In this document: piece after piece, positions 16,938 through 26,800 of the stretch
Layout: the number at the start of each line of letters is the position of its first letter
Position numbering within the stretch: position 1 is the stretch's first letter
Assembly (NCBI GenBank): GCA_020632515.1
Contig: JACKFK010000009.1
Location: 4,476 to 68,475, forward strand
Reading direction: 5' to 3'
Origin: Candidatus Omnitrophota bacterium
Lineage (GTDB): Bacteria > Omnitrophota > Gorgyraeia > Zapsychrales > Zapsychraceae
DNA length: 64,000 nt
The notes under the pieces: model-generated
What the model was told of the DNA's origin: nothing
The model's database searches: none
What the model saw: only the letters and a program-made list of their open reading frames with translations
Program-made: the position numbers and the translations under genes

Positions 16938-17366
16938 ATGGCAGACATCACGCACAAAATTACAATCAACACATCTAAAGAAAAGGTTTATCAGGCGATC
17001 GCCACAGTTGACGGACTTAAAGGTTGGTGGACTGAGCATATCGATGGAGCCAGTGCGGAAGGTCAGCAATTGACATTTCGTTTTCCCAATACAGGTCCTG
17101 TCATGGAAGTTTTAGAGTTGATGACGGATGAGTTTATAAAGTGGAAATGTGTTGACGGTGTTGAAGACTGGAAAAACACAATTTTAACATTTGAGTTAGA
17201 AGAAAAAGATAATAATTGTGAATTATTATTCGCTCATTCGGGGTGGGGTGATCAATCCGAATTTTATGCGCATTGCAGTATGAAATGGGCAGTATTTCTA
17301 TTAAGTTTGAAAGAATACTGTGAAACCGGTAAGGGCCAACCATTTCCTGACGATATCAAAACTTAA
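16938..17366 (+). CDS. SRPBCC / AHSA1-like domain protein
   Basis: It has VYQAIATVDGLKGWWT and an overall length of about 140 aa, typical of Aha1/START-like proteins. Confidence 0.55.
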   Translation: MADITHKITINTSKEKVYQAIATVDGLKGWWTEHIDGASAEGQQLTFRFPNTGPVMEVLELMTDEFIKWKCVDGVEDWKNTILTFELEEKDNNCELLFAHSGWGDQSEFYAHCSMKWAVFLLSLKEYCETGKGQPFPDDIKT

Positions 17367-17380
17367 GTGTTGGCAATATT

Positions 17381-17839
17381 ATGAAATTATCTGTCATTAT
17401 TCCTGTTTATAATGAGGAAAAGCCGCGGCTGTGCTTAAAGGTTTCAAGAGGCTGCGGGTGATATTTTCTAATTCAAGACGCAGACCTGGAATATGATCCG
17501 GCGCAGTATCCCGAATTAATTCAGCCAATTATCGACGGGAAATACCAGGTTGTCGACAAATGAATCTTTTCATTTGGCCTTATCAGAACTAAAAGAATTA
17601 AAATTCGCAACTATTCACAGAGATGAATGAGAGCGCCTACGGATGCAGGCTGAACATAAAGGTGAAGAGACGATCAAGTTGATGGGAAAGATGTTGAAGC
17701 CTTTAAGGTTTACTATTTCGCCACCGGACTTCAGGAAAAGTATTACAACCGCATCTATTACTACCGTAAATCAGACGGCATTTTTGTGAAAAAAGTCGAA
17801 CCTAAAGGCGAAGTCGAAGAGCTGGTGGAGGAGAAGTAA
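17381..17839 (+). pseudogene. Decayed region: family-2 glycosyltransferase fragments plus an orphan C-terminal gene fragment
   Basis: MKLSVIIPVYNEEK is followed by a stop after 26 codons. IQDADLEYDPAQYPELIQPIIDGK lies in another frame at about 17468-17545. A start-less open tail (..VYYFATGLQEKYYNRIYYYRKSDGIFVKKVEPKGE*) ends at 17839. Confidence 0.65.
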
Positions 17840-17843
17840 AGAA

Positions 17844-18617
17844 TTATTCCTCGATTTTCTTTTTTCGGTTTTCAATATAAGCGTGCTGCAAAGAGGTGTA
17901 GGGATCAAAGGCGTTATTGATAATCCGGTCATAGTTATCGCGAATTGTATAAGAATATTTATTCACCCGTTCAACCATACTTACCGCAAAAAGAATTTCA
18001 TCTTCTTCAAAAGTATCTAATACCCCAAACCAAAAAGTAGGATCAAAGGCGTTATCGCCGATAACTCCAATTGTATCGCGTAAAGTGGATGGTCCGATGA
18101 TAGGCCAGACTATATAAGGGCCGGGGCCGGCACCATAATGGCCTAGCGTTTGCCCTAAGTCTTCGTCGTGTTTTTCTAAATGAAACGCCGCTTGTGCCGG
18201 ATCAAAAAAACCACCAATACCAATTGTAGAGTTAATCACAAAACGGCTGAATTCAGTTAGTGCGTATTTCCACTTTAGTTGTAATAAATTGTTACCAAAA
18301 CGCTGCGGTGTACCCACATTGGTAAAGAAATTATTAACACTGCTTTGGACTTTTTTTGGAATAAGGAAGTCATAACCTTTAGATAAGGGAGTGAATAGGT
18401 GTTTATAAATTTTGTGATTGACTTTAAACATAAATTGATTGTACTTAACTAATGGATCAGAAATGGAATTTTGTTCTGTTTCATACGCATAGTCGTCGTA
18501 ATCGTCTTCAAATTCTGTTATTTGCGCGTGACTGGCGGGAGTGAGCAAGATAAGGAGAATGGAAGTGATTGATAATACCCATGTTTTTTTAAGTAATGTT
18601 TTCATAAAGGCCTCCAC
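17844..18617 (-). CDS. mlaA: MlaA/VacJ-family outer-membrane lipid-asymmetry protein
   Basis: It has NQFMFKVNHKIYKHLFTPLSKGY, VNNFFTNVGTPQRFGNNLLQ and NSTIGIGGFFDPA. Confidence 0.8.
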   Translation of the reverse strand: MEAFMKTLLKKTWVLSITSILLILLTPASHAQITEFEDDYDDYAYETEQNSISDPLVKYNQFMFKVNHKIYKHLFTPLSKGYDFLIPKKVQSSVNNFFTNVGTPQRFGNNLLQLKWKYALTEFSRFVINSTIGIGGFFDPAQAAFHLEKHDEDLGQTLGHYGAGPGPYIVWPIIGPSTLRDTIGVIGDNAFDPTFWFGVLDTFEEDEILFAVSMVERVNKYSYTIRDNYDRIINNAFDPYTSLQHAYIENRKKKIEE

Positions 18618-18632
18618 GGATTCAGGGCAAAA

Positions 18633-19238
18633 TTATTGTACTTCTTGATTCTTAAAATTTTTATCTTTAAGCTGCTGCATGAGCGCGGTAAAGGATTCTT
18701 TATTGATGATGCTGTTAAATTGTGTTCGGTAATTGCCAACGGTACTGACGCCCTCAATGATGACATCATAAATTTGCCATATATCCGCAAATTTTTTCAT
18801 GCTGAAGATAATGTCGATCTTTTTTCCATCGGTAGTGATAAAATTGGTATAGACTTTGCTTCGGGTTTCTTCGGTTTCCTCATTAAGGTAGATGATTTGC
18901 TCACCAGAATATGAATCAGAGCGGCCTAAGTAAACGTCTTTAAGGATGTTTGTAAAGACTTCTGTAAATTCTTTCTTTTCTGCTGGTGAACAATCACGCC
19001 AATGATGGCCGAGCGCGCGTTTGGCAATCTCTTCAAAGTTAAAAATTGGTTCTAACAATTCCCAGAGTTTTTCTCGTCTCAGAATGAGCTTGTCATCGCT
19101 CTGTAATTTGGGATCTTTTAGAAGTTCAAGGCTTTGCTCAATTGTGTGGACAATAATCCGCCCGGCGGTTTCCTGCGCATGAACGGTTGAAGACAGAAAA
19201 AGGCAAAAACAAAGGCTGGCTAATAGTTTATTTTTCAT
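18633..19238 (-). CDS. mlaC: MlaC/Ttg2D-family periplasmic lipid-binding protein
   Basis: It has a signal peptide plus FEEIAKRALGHHWRDCSPAEKKEFTEVF and IIEGVSTVGNYRTQF. Confidence 0.75.
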   Translation of the reverse strand: MKNKLLASLCFCLFLSSTVHAQETAGRIIVHTIEQSLELLKDPKLQSDDKLILRREKLWELLEPIFNFEEIAKRALGHHWRDCSPAEKKEFTEVFTNILKDVYLGRSDSYSGEQIIYLNEETEETRSKVYTNFITTDGKKIDIIFSMKKFADIWQIYDVIIEGVSTVGNYRTQFNSIINKESFTALMQQLKDKNFKNQEVQ

Positions 19239-19243
19239 AACAA

Positions 19244-19690
19244 TTATTCGTCATCGCCTCCAACAACAAGGTTTTTAATGACTGATAATAAATCAAACGG
19301 TGGTTCGGTATCAAATAAGGTTTCACCAGGTTTTAAAACAGTGTCAGAAGCGCCGGGTAAAATTTCTATGTATTGTTCTCCCAAAATACCTTTGGTGCGA
19401 ATGGAGGCAATAGCATCTTCATGGATCTTAATATGGTCATTGATTTCAAATGTTACTAGGGCTTGGTAATCTTTGAGTTCAATGCTTTTGACATTTCCGA
19501 TTTTGACACCAGAGATTTCAACTGGAGTGTCTTTTTTTAATCCGGTGACGGAAGTAAATTTAGCTTTCAGTTCGTAATAGTTGTTTTTAAAAAATTCAAC
19601 CTGGCCGAGTTTGATAGAGGTATAGGCCATACAAAGGATTCCGATAAAAATAAAAAAACCGACCGTAATTTCAATATCAATTTTTTTCAT
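19244..19690 (-). CDS. mlaD: MlaD (MCE-domain) protein
   Basis: An N-terminal TM helix is followed by an MCE core (GLKKDTPVEISGVKIGNVKSIEL). Confidence 0.8.
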   Translation of the reverse strand: MKKIDIEITVGFFIFIGILCMAYTSIKLGQVEFFKNNYYELKAKFTSVTGLKKDTPVEISGVKIGNVKSIELKDYQALVTFEINDHIKIHEDAIASIRTKGILGEQYIEILPGASDTVLKPGETLFDTEPPFDLLSVIKNLVVGGDDE

Positions 19691-20442
19691 TATTCTAACT
19701 CCCCGTGAAGAAATTGTTGGACAAATGGATTTGCGGACGCTTGAATTTCATTGGGCGTGCCTTTAAAAATAATTTTTCCGTCATGCAGCATGGCGACCTG
19801 ATCGACGATTTTAAAAATACCGGGAATTTCATGGCTGACGATCAAAGCTGTTAAATTACGCGTTCTATGCAATGTCTGAATAATTTTATAAATCGACTGC
19901 GCGATTACAGGATCTAGTCCGGTGGTGGGTTCATCGAAAAAAACAACATCTGGATTCATAATTAAACATCGGGCTAACGCAACGCGTTTACGCATTCCAC
20001 CGCTGATTTGCGCTGGATATTTATCAGCATCATCTTTTAGACCTACGGTTTCTAATTCATGGAAGACTTTTTCTCGAATTTCTTTTTCCTTTAATTTTGT
20101 CTTTTCTTGTAAAGGAAAGGCTACATTTTCAAAAACGGTCAAAGAGTCAAAAAGCGCACCGAATTGAAAGACAATGCCGAGTCGGTCTTTTAAGGCTTTT
20201 AGTTTTGGACCATGCAATTGGGCAATTTCCTGCCCAGCAATTAGAATTTTTCCCGCGTCAGGTTTTAATAGTCCAATCATGTGCTTAAGAAAGACAGATT
20301 TGCCTTTGCCGCTGCCACCGATTAAGGCTAAGGTTTGGCCTTTTTCAACTTTCAGATTCACACCATTGAGGATTGTCTGATTTCCGAATTTTTTGTAAAC
20401 ATCAATAACTTCAATCATTATTTCGTAATTTCGATTAAGCAA
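19690..20442 (-). CDS. mlaF: ABC transporter ATP-binding protein MlaF
   Basis: It has Walker A (GGSGKGKS), the ABC signature (ISGGMRKRVALA) and Walker B (VVFFDEP). Confidence 0.85.
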   Translation of the reverse strand: MLNRNYEIMIEVIDVYKKFGNQTILNGVNLKVEKGQTLALIGGSGKGKSVFLKHMIGLLKPDAGKILIAGQEIAQLHGPKLKALKDRLGIVFQFGALFDSLTVFENVAFPLQEKTKLKEKEIREKVFHELETVGLKDDADKYPAQISGGMRKRVALARCLIMNPDVVFFDEPTTGLDPVIAQSIYKIIQTLHRTRNLTALIVSHEIPGIFKIVDQVAMLHDGKIIFKGTPNEIQASANPFVQQFLHGELE

Positions 20443-21229
20443 AGATCATAATGGAGGTAATATAATAATCACAAATTAAAGTTAATACAGAAGCCAGTAC
20501 GACAGCATCAGTCGTGGCTTTGCTTACGCCTTGCGCTCCAAATCCAGATCCATAACCGGCAAAGAATCCTTTGTAACAGCAGACCCACGCAATAAGAACG
20601 CCGAAGCTAAGCGATTTATAAGAACAGAGAATTAAATCTTTTGCTGTAATTGAATCGGCGATTGATCCATAGTAGATGCCAGGGGCTAATCCTGTTAAAT
20701 TAACGCCGACTAAGTAACCGCCCCAAACACCCAGAGCAACAAACATGGATGTCAAAATAGGTAAAGAAATTAATGACGCGATAAAATTTGGAACAACCAA
20801 ATATTTATATGGATTTAAGGCCATCGATTCTAAGGCGTCAATCTGTTCGGACATGCGCATAATACCGATTTCCGCTGTTAATGCGGAACCGGCGCGGCCA
20901 ATAACCATAAGGGCCGTCACCACTGGGCCTAATTCGCGAATTAAAGATACAGCTGTAATTGATCCTAGTTTTGATTCCGCGCCAAAGGTTACCAGAACGT
21001 AATAAGCTTGAAGGGTAAGAACCATCCCAGTAAAAAGGCCTGTTAAACCCACAACAAGAATTGTTTTAACCCCGATAAAATGAATTTGTTTAATAACTCG
21101 TTGAATAAGAAAAGGAGGAAAGAAAACGTAATACAGGGAAATGCATAAAAACAATCCCATTTTTCCTAGTTCTCGAATAAAGGCAATGGCGTTATGGCCG
21201 ATGATTTTTAATGAATGAAGGAAGAACAC
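20435..21229 (-). CDS. mlaE: ABC transporter permease MlaE
   Basis: It has the MlaE pattern (LIRELGPVVTALMVIGRAGSALTAEIGIMRMSEQIDALESMA). Confidence 0.85.
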   Translation of the reverse strand: MFFLHSLKIIGHNAIAFIRELGKMGLFLCISLYYVFFPPFLIQRVIKQIHFIGVKTILVVGLTGLFTGMVLTLQAYYVLVTFGAESKLGSITAVSLIRELGPVVTALMVIGRAGSALTAEIGIMRMSEQIDALESMALNPYKYLVVPNFIASLISLPILTSMFVALGVWGGYLVGVNLTGLAPGIYYGSIADSITAKDLILCSYKSLSFGVLIAWVCCYKGFFAGYGSGFGAQGVSKATTDAVVLASVLTLICDYYITSIMIFA

Positions 21230-21477
21230 GTCTAATCCGTTTTCGTCTATATGATCAGTTCAGTGAGTATATTATCTAAAATTTTGAAGATATTCAATGA
21301 TTCATTTTTAATAAATTATGGGAATTCCATCTGAACTACTAAATAACAAAAATGTTTTAAAATATATTCAGTGAAATGGATTAATTTTATTCAAAAAAAG
21401 TAAGGAGAAAAAAGAATTTAAATTATAATAAAAGAATTCTTAACGAATGAACTTAATCCAAATTAAAGATATAAATT

Positions 21478-22929
21478 ATGGGAAGTTTTAAAAAGAAAAA
21501 GAAACGGTTTTTTGATACGCTCATTCAATCATCTTCGGGTAATTATGTTCGGCCTAAGGATGAGATGATGTATAAGCGTTTGATTGAGCGGGTTCAATGC
21601 GGCGTGTATATTGCCGATGAAAAGGGTATTATTTTTTATGTCAATTCCGCCTTAGTCAGCATGCTGGGATACAATACCAAGAGTGAAATTCTAGAACGGC
21701 CTTTAACCGATGTTCTTTATGGCGCGCCAAATCACGAGGAATCATTTTATGATGAAATGGATGAATTAGGGTTTGTCAGGGATTATGAAATTCTTGCTCA
21801 AAACGCGCAAGGGGAAGAAATTCATTTGATTGTGACTAGTCATTACATTCGCGAAGGAGAAGGCAAGATAAAAGGCATTGAGGGAATTGTTTATGATCGG
21901 ACAAAATCAAAGAAAATGCAAGAGATGGTCATCAAGGAAAAACATAAACTTGAAGAGATTTTGGACTTAGGTGAAAAAGTCACACTTATTCGTAATTTGG
22001 ATGAGTTAATTGAGTTTATCGTTAAACGTGTGGCGGGTATTTTAGAAGCGCGTGTTTGCTCGATCATGTTGGTTGATGAAAAAACTGGACGGTTAATGAT
22101 CAGCGGGGCTTTTGGATTAGAACAAAATATTGTTGAAGAAAGTGCTGTTGAAATTGGTGAACAGATTTCGGGTGTCGTGGCCAAAGATTTGAATCCATTG
22201 TTGGTAAAGAATATCGAATATGATGAACGGTTTAAACGGGCGAATCGGCCGCATTATCGCAATCATTCATTTATTGTCGTTCCAATTACATTAGGAGATG
22301 AATTGTTGGGGGTTATTAATGTGGCAGATAAAATTTCAGAAGGCGCGATGATTAAGACTTTTGATGAAATAGATTTAAAAATTTTAGTGTCTATTGCCCG
22401 GGAGATTGCAGTATCCATTGATAATGTGAAAGTGATTGAAGATTTAAATTTGCAGACGGTGACAGATCCTTTAACCAGGATTTATAATTACCGGAAATTT
22501 TCCGATAGTCTGGAGCATGAAGTTAGGCGTCTGCGGCGGATTAAAGGAAACCTTTGTGTTATGATGATGGATTTAGATGAATTTAAGTCTTATAACGATA
22601 CCTTTGGGCATTTAGAAGGGGATATATTATTGCGCGGAATTGGTGAGATTTTACGTAAAAGTCTTCGTGATACAGATATTGTTTGCAGATACGCGGGGGA
22701 TGAGTTTGTTATTGTCCTGCCGGATACGGATATTTCCGGGGTTAAAGAATCTGCTGTTAAGGTGATTAAAACCGTAAATGAATTTCAGTTTAAGCGTCAA
22801 GTGAGTGTTAGTGTTGGTTGCGCGCAATATCAGGAAGGGATGACCTCGAATGAATTGATGTTAAAAGCGGATAAGGCATTATATGAAGCCAAGAATAAAG
22901 GAAAAAATCAGTTTTATATAATAGAATAA
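21478..22929 (+). CDS. PAS-GAF-GGDEF diguanylate cyclase (AGDEF variant with an intact RxxD I-site)
   Basis: The PAS-like N-terminus and GAF region are followed by a GGDEF domain. That domain has DPLTRIYNYRKF, DLDEFKSYND and the active-site stretch LRDTDIVCRYAGDEFVIVL, with RDTD five residues before AGDEF. Confidence 0.8.
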   Translation: MGSFKKKKKRFFDTLIQSSSGNYVRPKDEMMYKRLIERVQCGVYIADEKGIIFYVNSALVSMLGYNTKSEILERPLTDVLYGAPNHEESFYDEMDELGFVRDYEILAQNAQGEEIHLIVTSHYIREGEGKIKGIEGIVYDRTKSKKMQEMVIKEKHKLEEILDLGEKVTLIRNLDELIEFIVKRVAGILEARVCSIMLVDEKTGRLMISGAFGLEQNIVEESAVEIGEQISGVVAKDLNPLLVKNIEYDERFKRANRPHYRNHSFIVVPITLGDELLGVINVADKISEGAMIKTFDEIDLKILVSIAREIAVSIDNVKVIEDLNLQTVTDPLTRIYNYRKFSDSLEHEVRRLRRIKGNLCVMMMDLDEFKSYNDTFGHLEGDILLRGIGEILRKSLRDTDIVCRYAGDEFVIVLPDTDISGVKESAVKVIKTVNEFQFKRQVSVSVGCAQYQEGMTSNELMLKADKALYEAKNKGKNQFYIIE

Positions 22930-22955
22930 ATTGTTTAGTTTAAGGAGGCGGAATT

Positions 22956-23387
22956 ATGTGTAAGCATTTAAGAAGTGGTGGGGTGGTATTTGTGATTTTT
23001 CTGCTCCTTTGTTATCCTGTGTTCGGGCATCCTCCTGCTAAGGTTGCGCTAAATTATGATTTTACTAATCAAACCCTGCATGTTGAAATGCGTCATACAA
23101 CAAACAATTCGCGTAAGGATTATGTCCGTAAATTAGTTGTTATTAAGAATGAAGAAGAACCCATAATAAAATATTATAATATTCAAACGAATACCTTACA
23201 ATTTAGTGAAGATATTATGATCCCAGCACAGGATGGCGATAAGATTGCTGTTGATGCCTATAGCAAAGAAGGTGGGCATACATTTGAACAAATTATAGTT
23301 GAGAAGGATAAAAAGGATGAGCAGCAGAGTGAAGGGAAAGAAGAAGGTGAGGAAAGGTCAGCGGCTTCTTTATACCAAGCGCCTTAA
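22956..23387 (+). CDS. Small secreted hypothetical protein with an acidic tail
   Basis: It has a signal peptide (VVFVIFLLLCYPVFG). No family was recognised. Confidence 0.4.
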   Translation: MCKHLRSGGVVFVIFLLLCYPVFGHPPAKVALNYDFTNQTLHVEMRHTTNNSRKDYVRKLVVIKNEEEPIIKYYNIQTNTLQFSEDIMIPAQDGDKIAVDAYSKEGGHTFEQIIVEKDKKDEQQSEGKEEGEERSAASLYQAP

Positions 23388-23572
23388 AGATTATTGTTCA
23401 TGGATAAAGCGGGAAAGTTGAAAAATTTTAAAAAAATATTTTTGAGCATATGATATTAAATAAAAGGATAAATTTTAAAGATTTGATTTGATTAAAATGG
23501 AATATGTATATTTTAGAGAAGTTTCAAATAGGTATTTTGAACGTAAAGGTTGATGATGGAGTGACGCAGGGC

Positions 23573-23600
23573 TTGGCAATTTAAGAATTTATCATATATA
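23573..23600 (+). promoter_or_regulatory. Putative sigma70-type promoter for the riboswitch leader
   Basis: TTGGCA (23573-23578), a 16-nt spacer and TATATA (23595-23600). Confidence 0.35.
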
Positions 23601-23614
23601 CTTTTTTTACAATA

Positions 23615-23750
23615 GATCGATAAAGGTAAACCTTCCGCAAGGATGGGACACAAAACTATCTCGACGTATTGTTGGATAAATAAAGTCGAGACCCCGATAG
23701 GATCGGGGCAGGGTCCTTAAATTTTTAAGGATAGCCAGTTGCCGTAACAG
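23615..23750 (+). promoter_or_regulatory. Probable c-di-GMP class I (GEMM-I-like) riboswitch aptamer
   Basis: GGTAAACCTTCCGCAAGGATGGGACACAAAAC parallels the GEMM-I core GGCAAACC-(stem, GNRA loop)-GGGACGCAAAGCC. The helix CCTTCC/GGATGG is capped by GCAA. There is a CTCGAC/GTCGAG helix, and a distal TAGCCAGTTGCCGTAA resembles GGTAGCGGGGTTACCGA. Confidence 0.5.
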
Positions 23751-23764
23751 TAGTGAAATATGTG

Positions 23765-23800
23765 CCTATTCTTCGTTAAGGAGAATAGGTTTTATTTTTT
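23765..23800 (+). terminator. Intrinsic terminator forming the likely expression platform of the leader
   Basis: The hairpin CCTATTCTTCGTTAAGGAGAATAGG is followed by TTTTATTTTTT, 12 nt before the ATG at 23812. Confidence 0.65.
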
Positions 23801-23811
23801 ATAGGACAGAT

Positions 23812-26800
23812 ATGATGTTTAAACGAGTGACAATTAAATTTATATTTTTATCAGGGATGTTTTTATGTCTGCTTACAGTAACTGCACGTAATGGGTATGC
23901 TGCGCAGAAATTATTAGGTTGGTCCGATGCGCAGGCTGCAACATGGCAGAAAATGCGGACGGAAAATCATCCGCTATGGCAACGTTTGGTTAATGAAGTG
24001 CATTCAGATCGGTATCGTCCAGGAGATTATGGTTTGCGTGACGGCATGATGTATTTAATCACTGGTGATAAATCTTATGCAACCTCAGCTTGGCATAAAA
24101 TGGATAATTGGTGCGGTAAGACTTATAGAGGAACGGGAGGAGACGATGCTTGGTGTAATACTTTTTGGAAAGGAAAAATTCCTCGTGATGGAACGCGGGA
24201 ACAGTTTTTACGTTTAGCCATGCTGTATCATTGGACGCGTGAGGCTTTGTCGGTTGAAGATCGTAAAAATATGCGCGATGTTTTAGAGCTTTGGACTGAT
24301 TTGGTTCTTTCAGACCGTAAGACGCATGGAACGCGGTTGAGTGATAGTGATGAAACCGTCGGGCATTATTTTGGCGCGGTTATTTACGCGTTGGCCATTC
24401 AAGATGAGGATCCACAACGATCTCAAGCGATTCTCAATTTTGCCGGAACCAACACGGGATCAAGCGATACCGCTCCGTTAGGCGGTCTTAACGCAACAGG
24501 CGCAAATAACAATTCATGGCGAAATGCGATTGCTCGTTTCGCGCAGTTAGCTAAAGGTGGTCAATGGATGGAGAGTTCTTCTTATAATAGAGGAACTGTG
24601 CGTTTGTTACTGCAAGGTGTTGCCGCGGTGAATAATTTTTTAGGAGAAGACAAGTTTCCGGAAATCACAGCATTGTATCCGGATTTTGCCAAGGCTTTTG
24701 TGTTGGAGGTTGCCCCGGATTTACGTGATTTTTATCAATGGGGTGATAATCAGGAAACGCATTATATTCGGTATTACTCTCGCGTGGCAACACTCGGGGT
24801 TGTTTGCGGATTATCAAAAGATCCAGAGTGTTTATCATTATATGATGAGCTTCTAAGCCGCAGTGAAGAAACTATTCATGAGGATTATCTTCCGTTTGCA
24901 GATCCATATTCGCCGCGAAAAGTTCTCAGTAGTCATGGGGCTTATCATGCGGATGGCCGTGGTATCGCTTATCATCGGCAAGGGTGGAATCTGGAGGATA
25001 GTTTTTTTGGTTCACAGTTTACCAATGTAACGCATGTTGACCACCGATTAGGGGCGTTGAGTAATTTCGCCCTTTATCGTCATGGGGACTGGGTGATTGA
25101 TAATACACGCGGATATTATGGGCATTGGGATCAGGATGCGCCTTATCAAAATACAATGCTTGTCAACGGAGGTTTTTCTAATTTAGAAGAAGCTTACGGA
25201 GAAGTTGCCTTTTCTGCGGATGAGACGTATCTTTATCACGCCGGAACAACCGGAGGGCAATACCGCGATGAACGGTTTGGAAATCCACCTTTAGAAACTG
25301 TGCATGAATGGACGCGTAGTCACGTGTACTTTCACAATGAGGATGGTTCGGACAGTATTGTTATTTTTGACCGTTTAAATGCAGATGATCCAACCGATGA
25401 AGATATTCAACCCGTTGGGAAATTTGATCGCTTACCAAAGTTAATTAAACAACGCATCAATGGCGTGGAGGCAAAGCATCAATGGATTTTGCATTTAACA
25501 GAATTAAACCCGCGGATCGAAGGTAATGAAATCTCCTGGATGGGAGAATCTAATGAAGAGGTGACGCTAACGACATTTATGACAGATTATGTTACGCAGA
25601 TTTATGATGAAAAATTATTGCACAATAAAGGTTATCCATTGTATTTAGGCGGATATGTTCGTGATAAGGATTTGGGTTATCAATTACGTTTGATTCCTAA
25701 TCAGAAAAGCGGCTGGCAGACGTTTCTCAATTTAATTCATGTCGGCGGTAAGGTGGAAAAAAGTAAATTGGAATCATTATCCGGAGAAAAAGCGCAGGGG
25801 GTTTTGTTAAATTTCGAGCAAGAGCAGAAGGTTGTTTTGTTCAGCGCAAAAAAAGGAGAAACTATTGCGCCGACTTCGACGGATTCTTCCGGCCGTGTTG
25901 TGCATGCCCCCCAAAAATTATCACAGTTGGCAGCGTTGCGGTATTTTAAATCCGGATTTGAGATCAATATTGAAGTTTTTAATCCAGCCAAAGTCTGGAT
26001 TATGGATTTAGATCCAAATCTAAAGTGGAATGTTGAGGTTGATGGAAAGGTGATTGAAGATGCTTTGGTCAATGATCAAGGTGTGATGCAGTTTACTTTA
26101 GCCAAGGGGAGTTACTTATCTAAAGTTTTCACAGATTCAACGTGCGATGCTTTACAGTGGGAAGGATGTCAGATTCAAGAGGATTGTGAGAAATTGAATT
26201 ATTTCTGGTATTTAAATAAATGTCATTCTTCTCCAGAAGTTTTGGCCTGTGGGGTTGATCATATTGAATATTGTAAGACAGAAGAGGAGTGCTTGTCTTT
26301 GGGAAATTATTGGTATGATCAATCGTGTCATAGCCAATCTGCTCCGGCCGTGTGCACGTCAGACAGTTTATCTTTATGCTTAACAGAAAACGATTGTCAG
26401 CAAGCTCAAGGATTCTGGTATGACGAAGGATGTCATGTGCAAACAAAAGAAGACGAAAATAATATTAAGACCATTACACTTTATCCTGTGGCCGACACGC
26501 AAATAAAGGGATGGATTAAGGAAGCAAATGTAAATGGTCAGGGGTTAGGTGTTAAACGTGTTTCCGATAATTATGATCGGGTGAGTTTATTAAAATTTGA
26601 TTTATCTTCTTTGCCAGAGGGTGTTGTTGTTAAGGATGCTTTCTTGAAATTTACCTTGATGGCGAACCAGCGTTGGAATCGACAGAATTATATTTATGAA
26701 GGATTAAAAGATTGGAGTGAAACGGAAGCCAATTGGTTGGAATACCGTAAAGGACAAGCCTGGGGTGTGCCGGGAGCTCGGGGACAAGGAACAGATTTAA

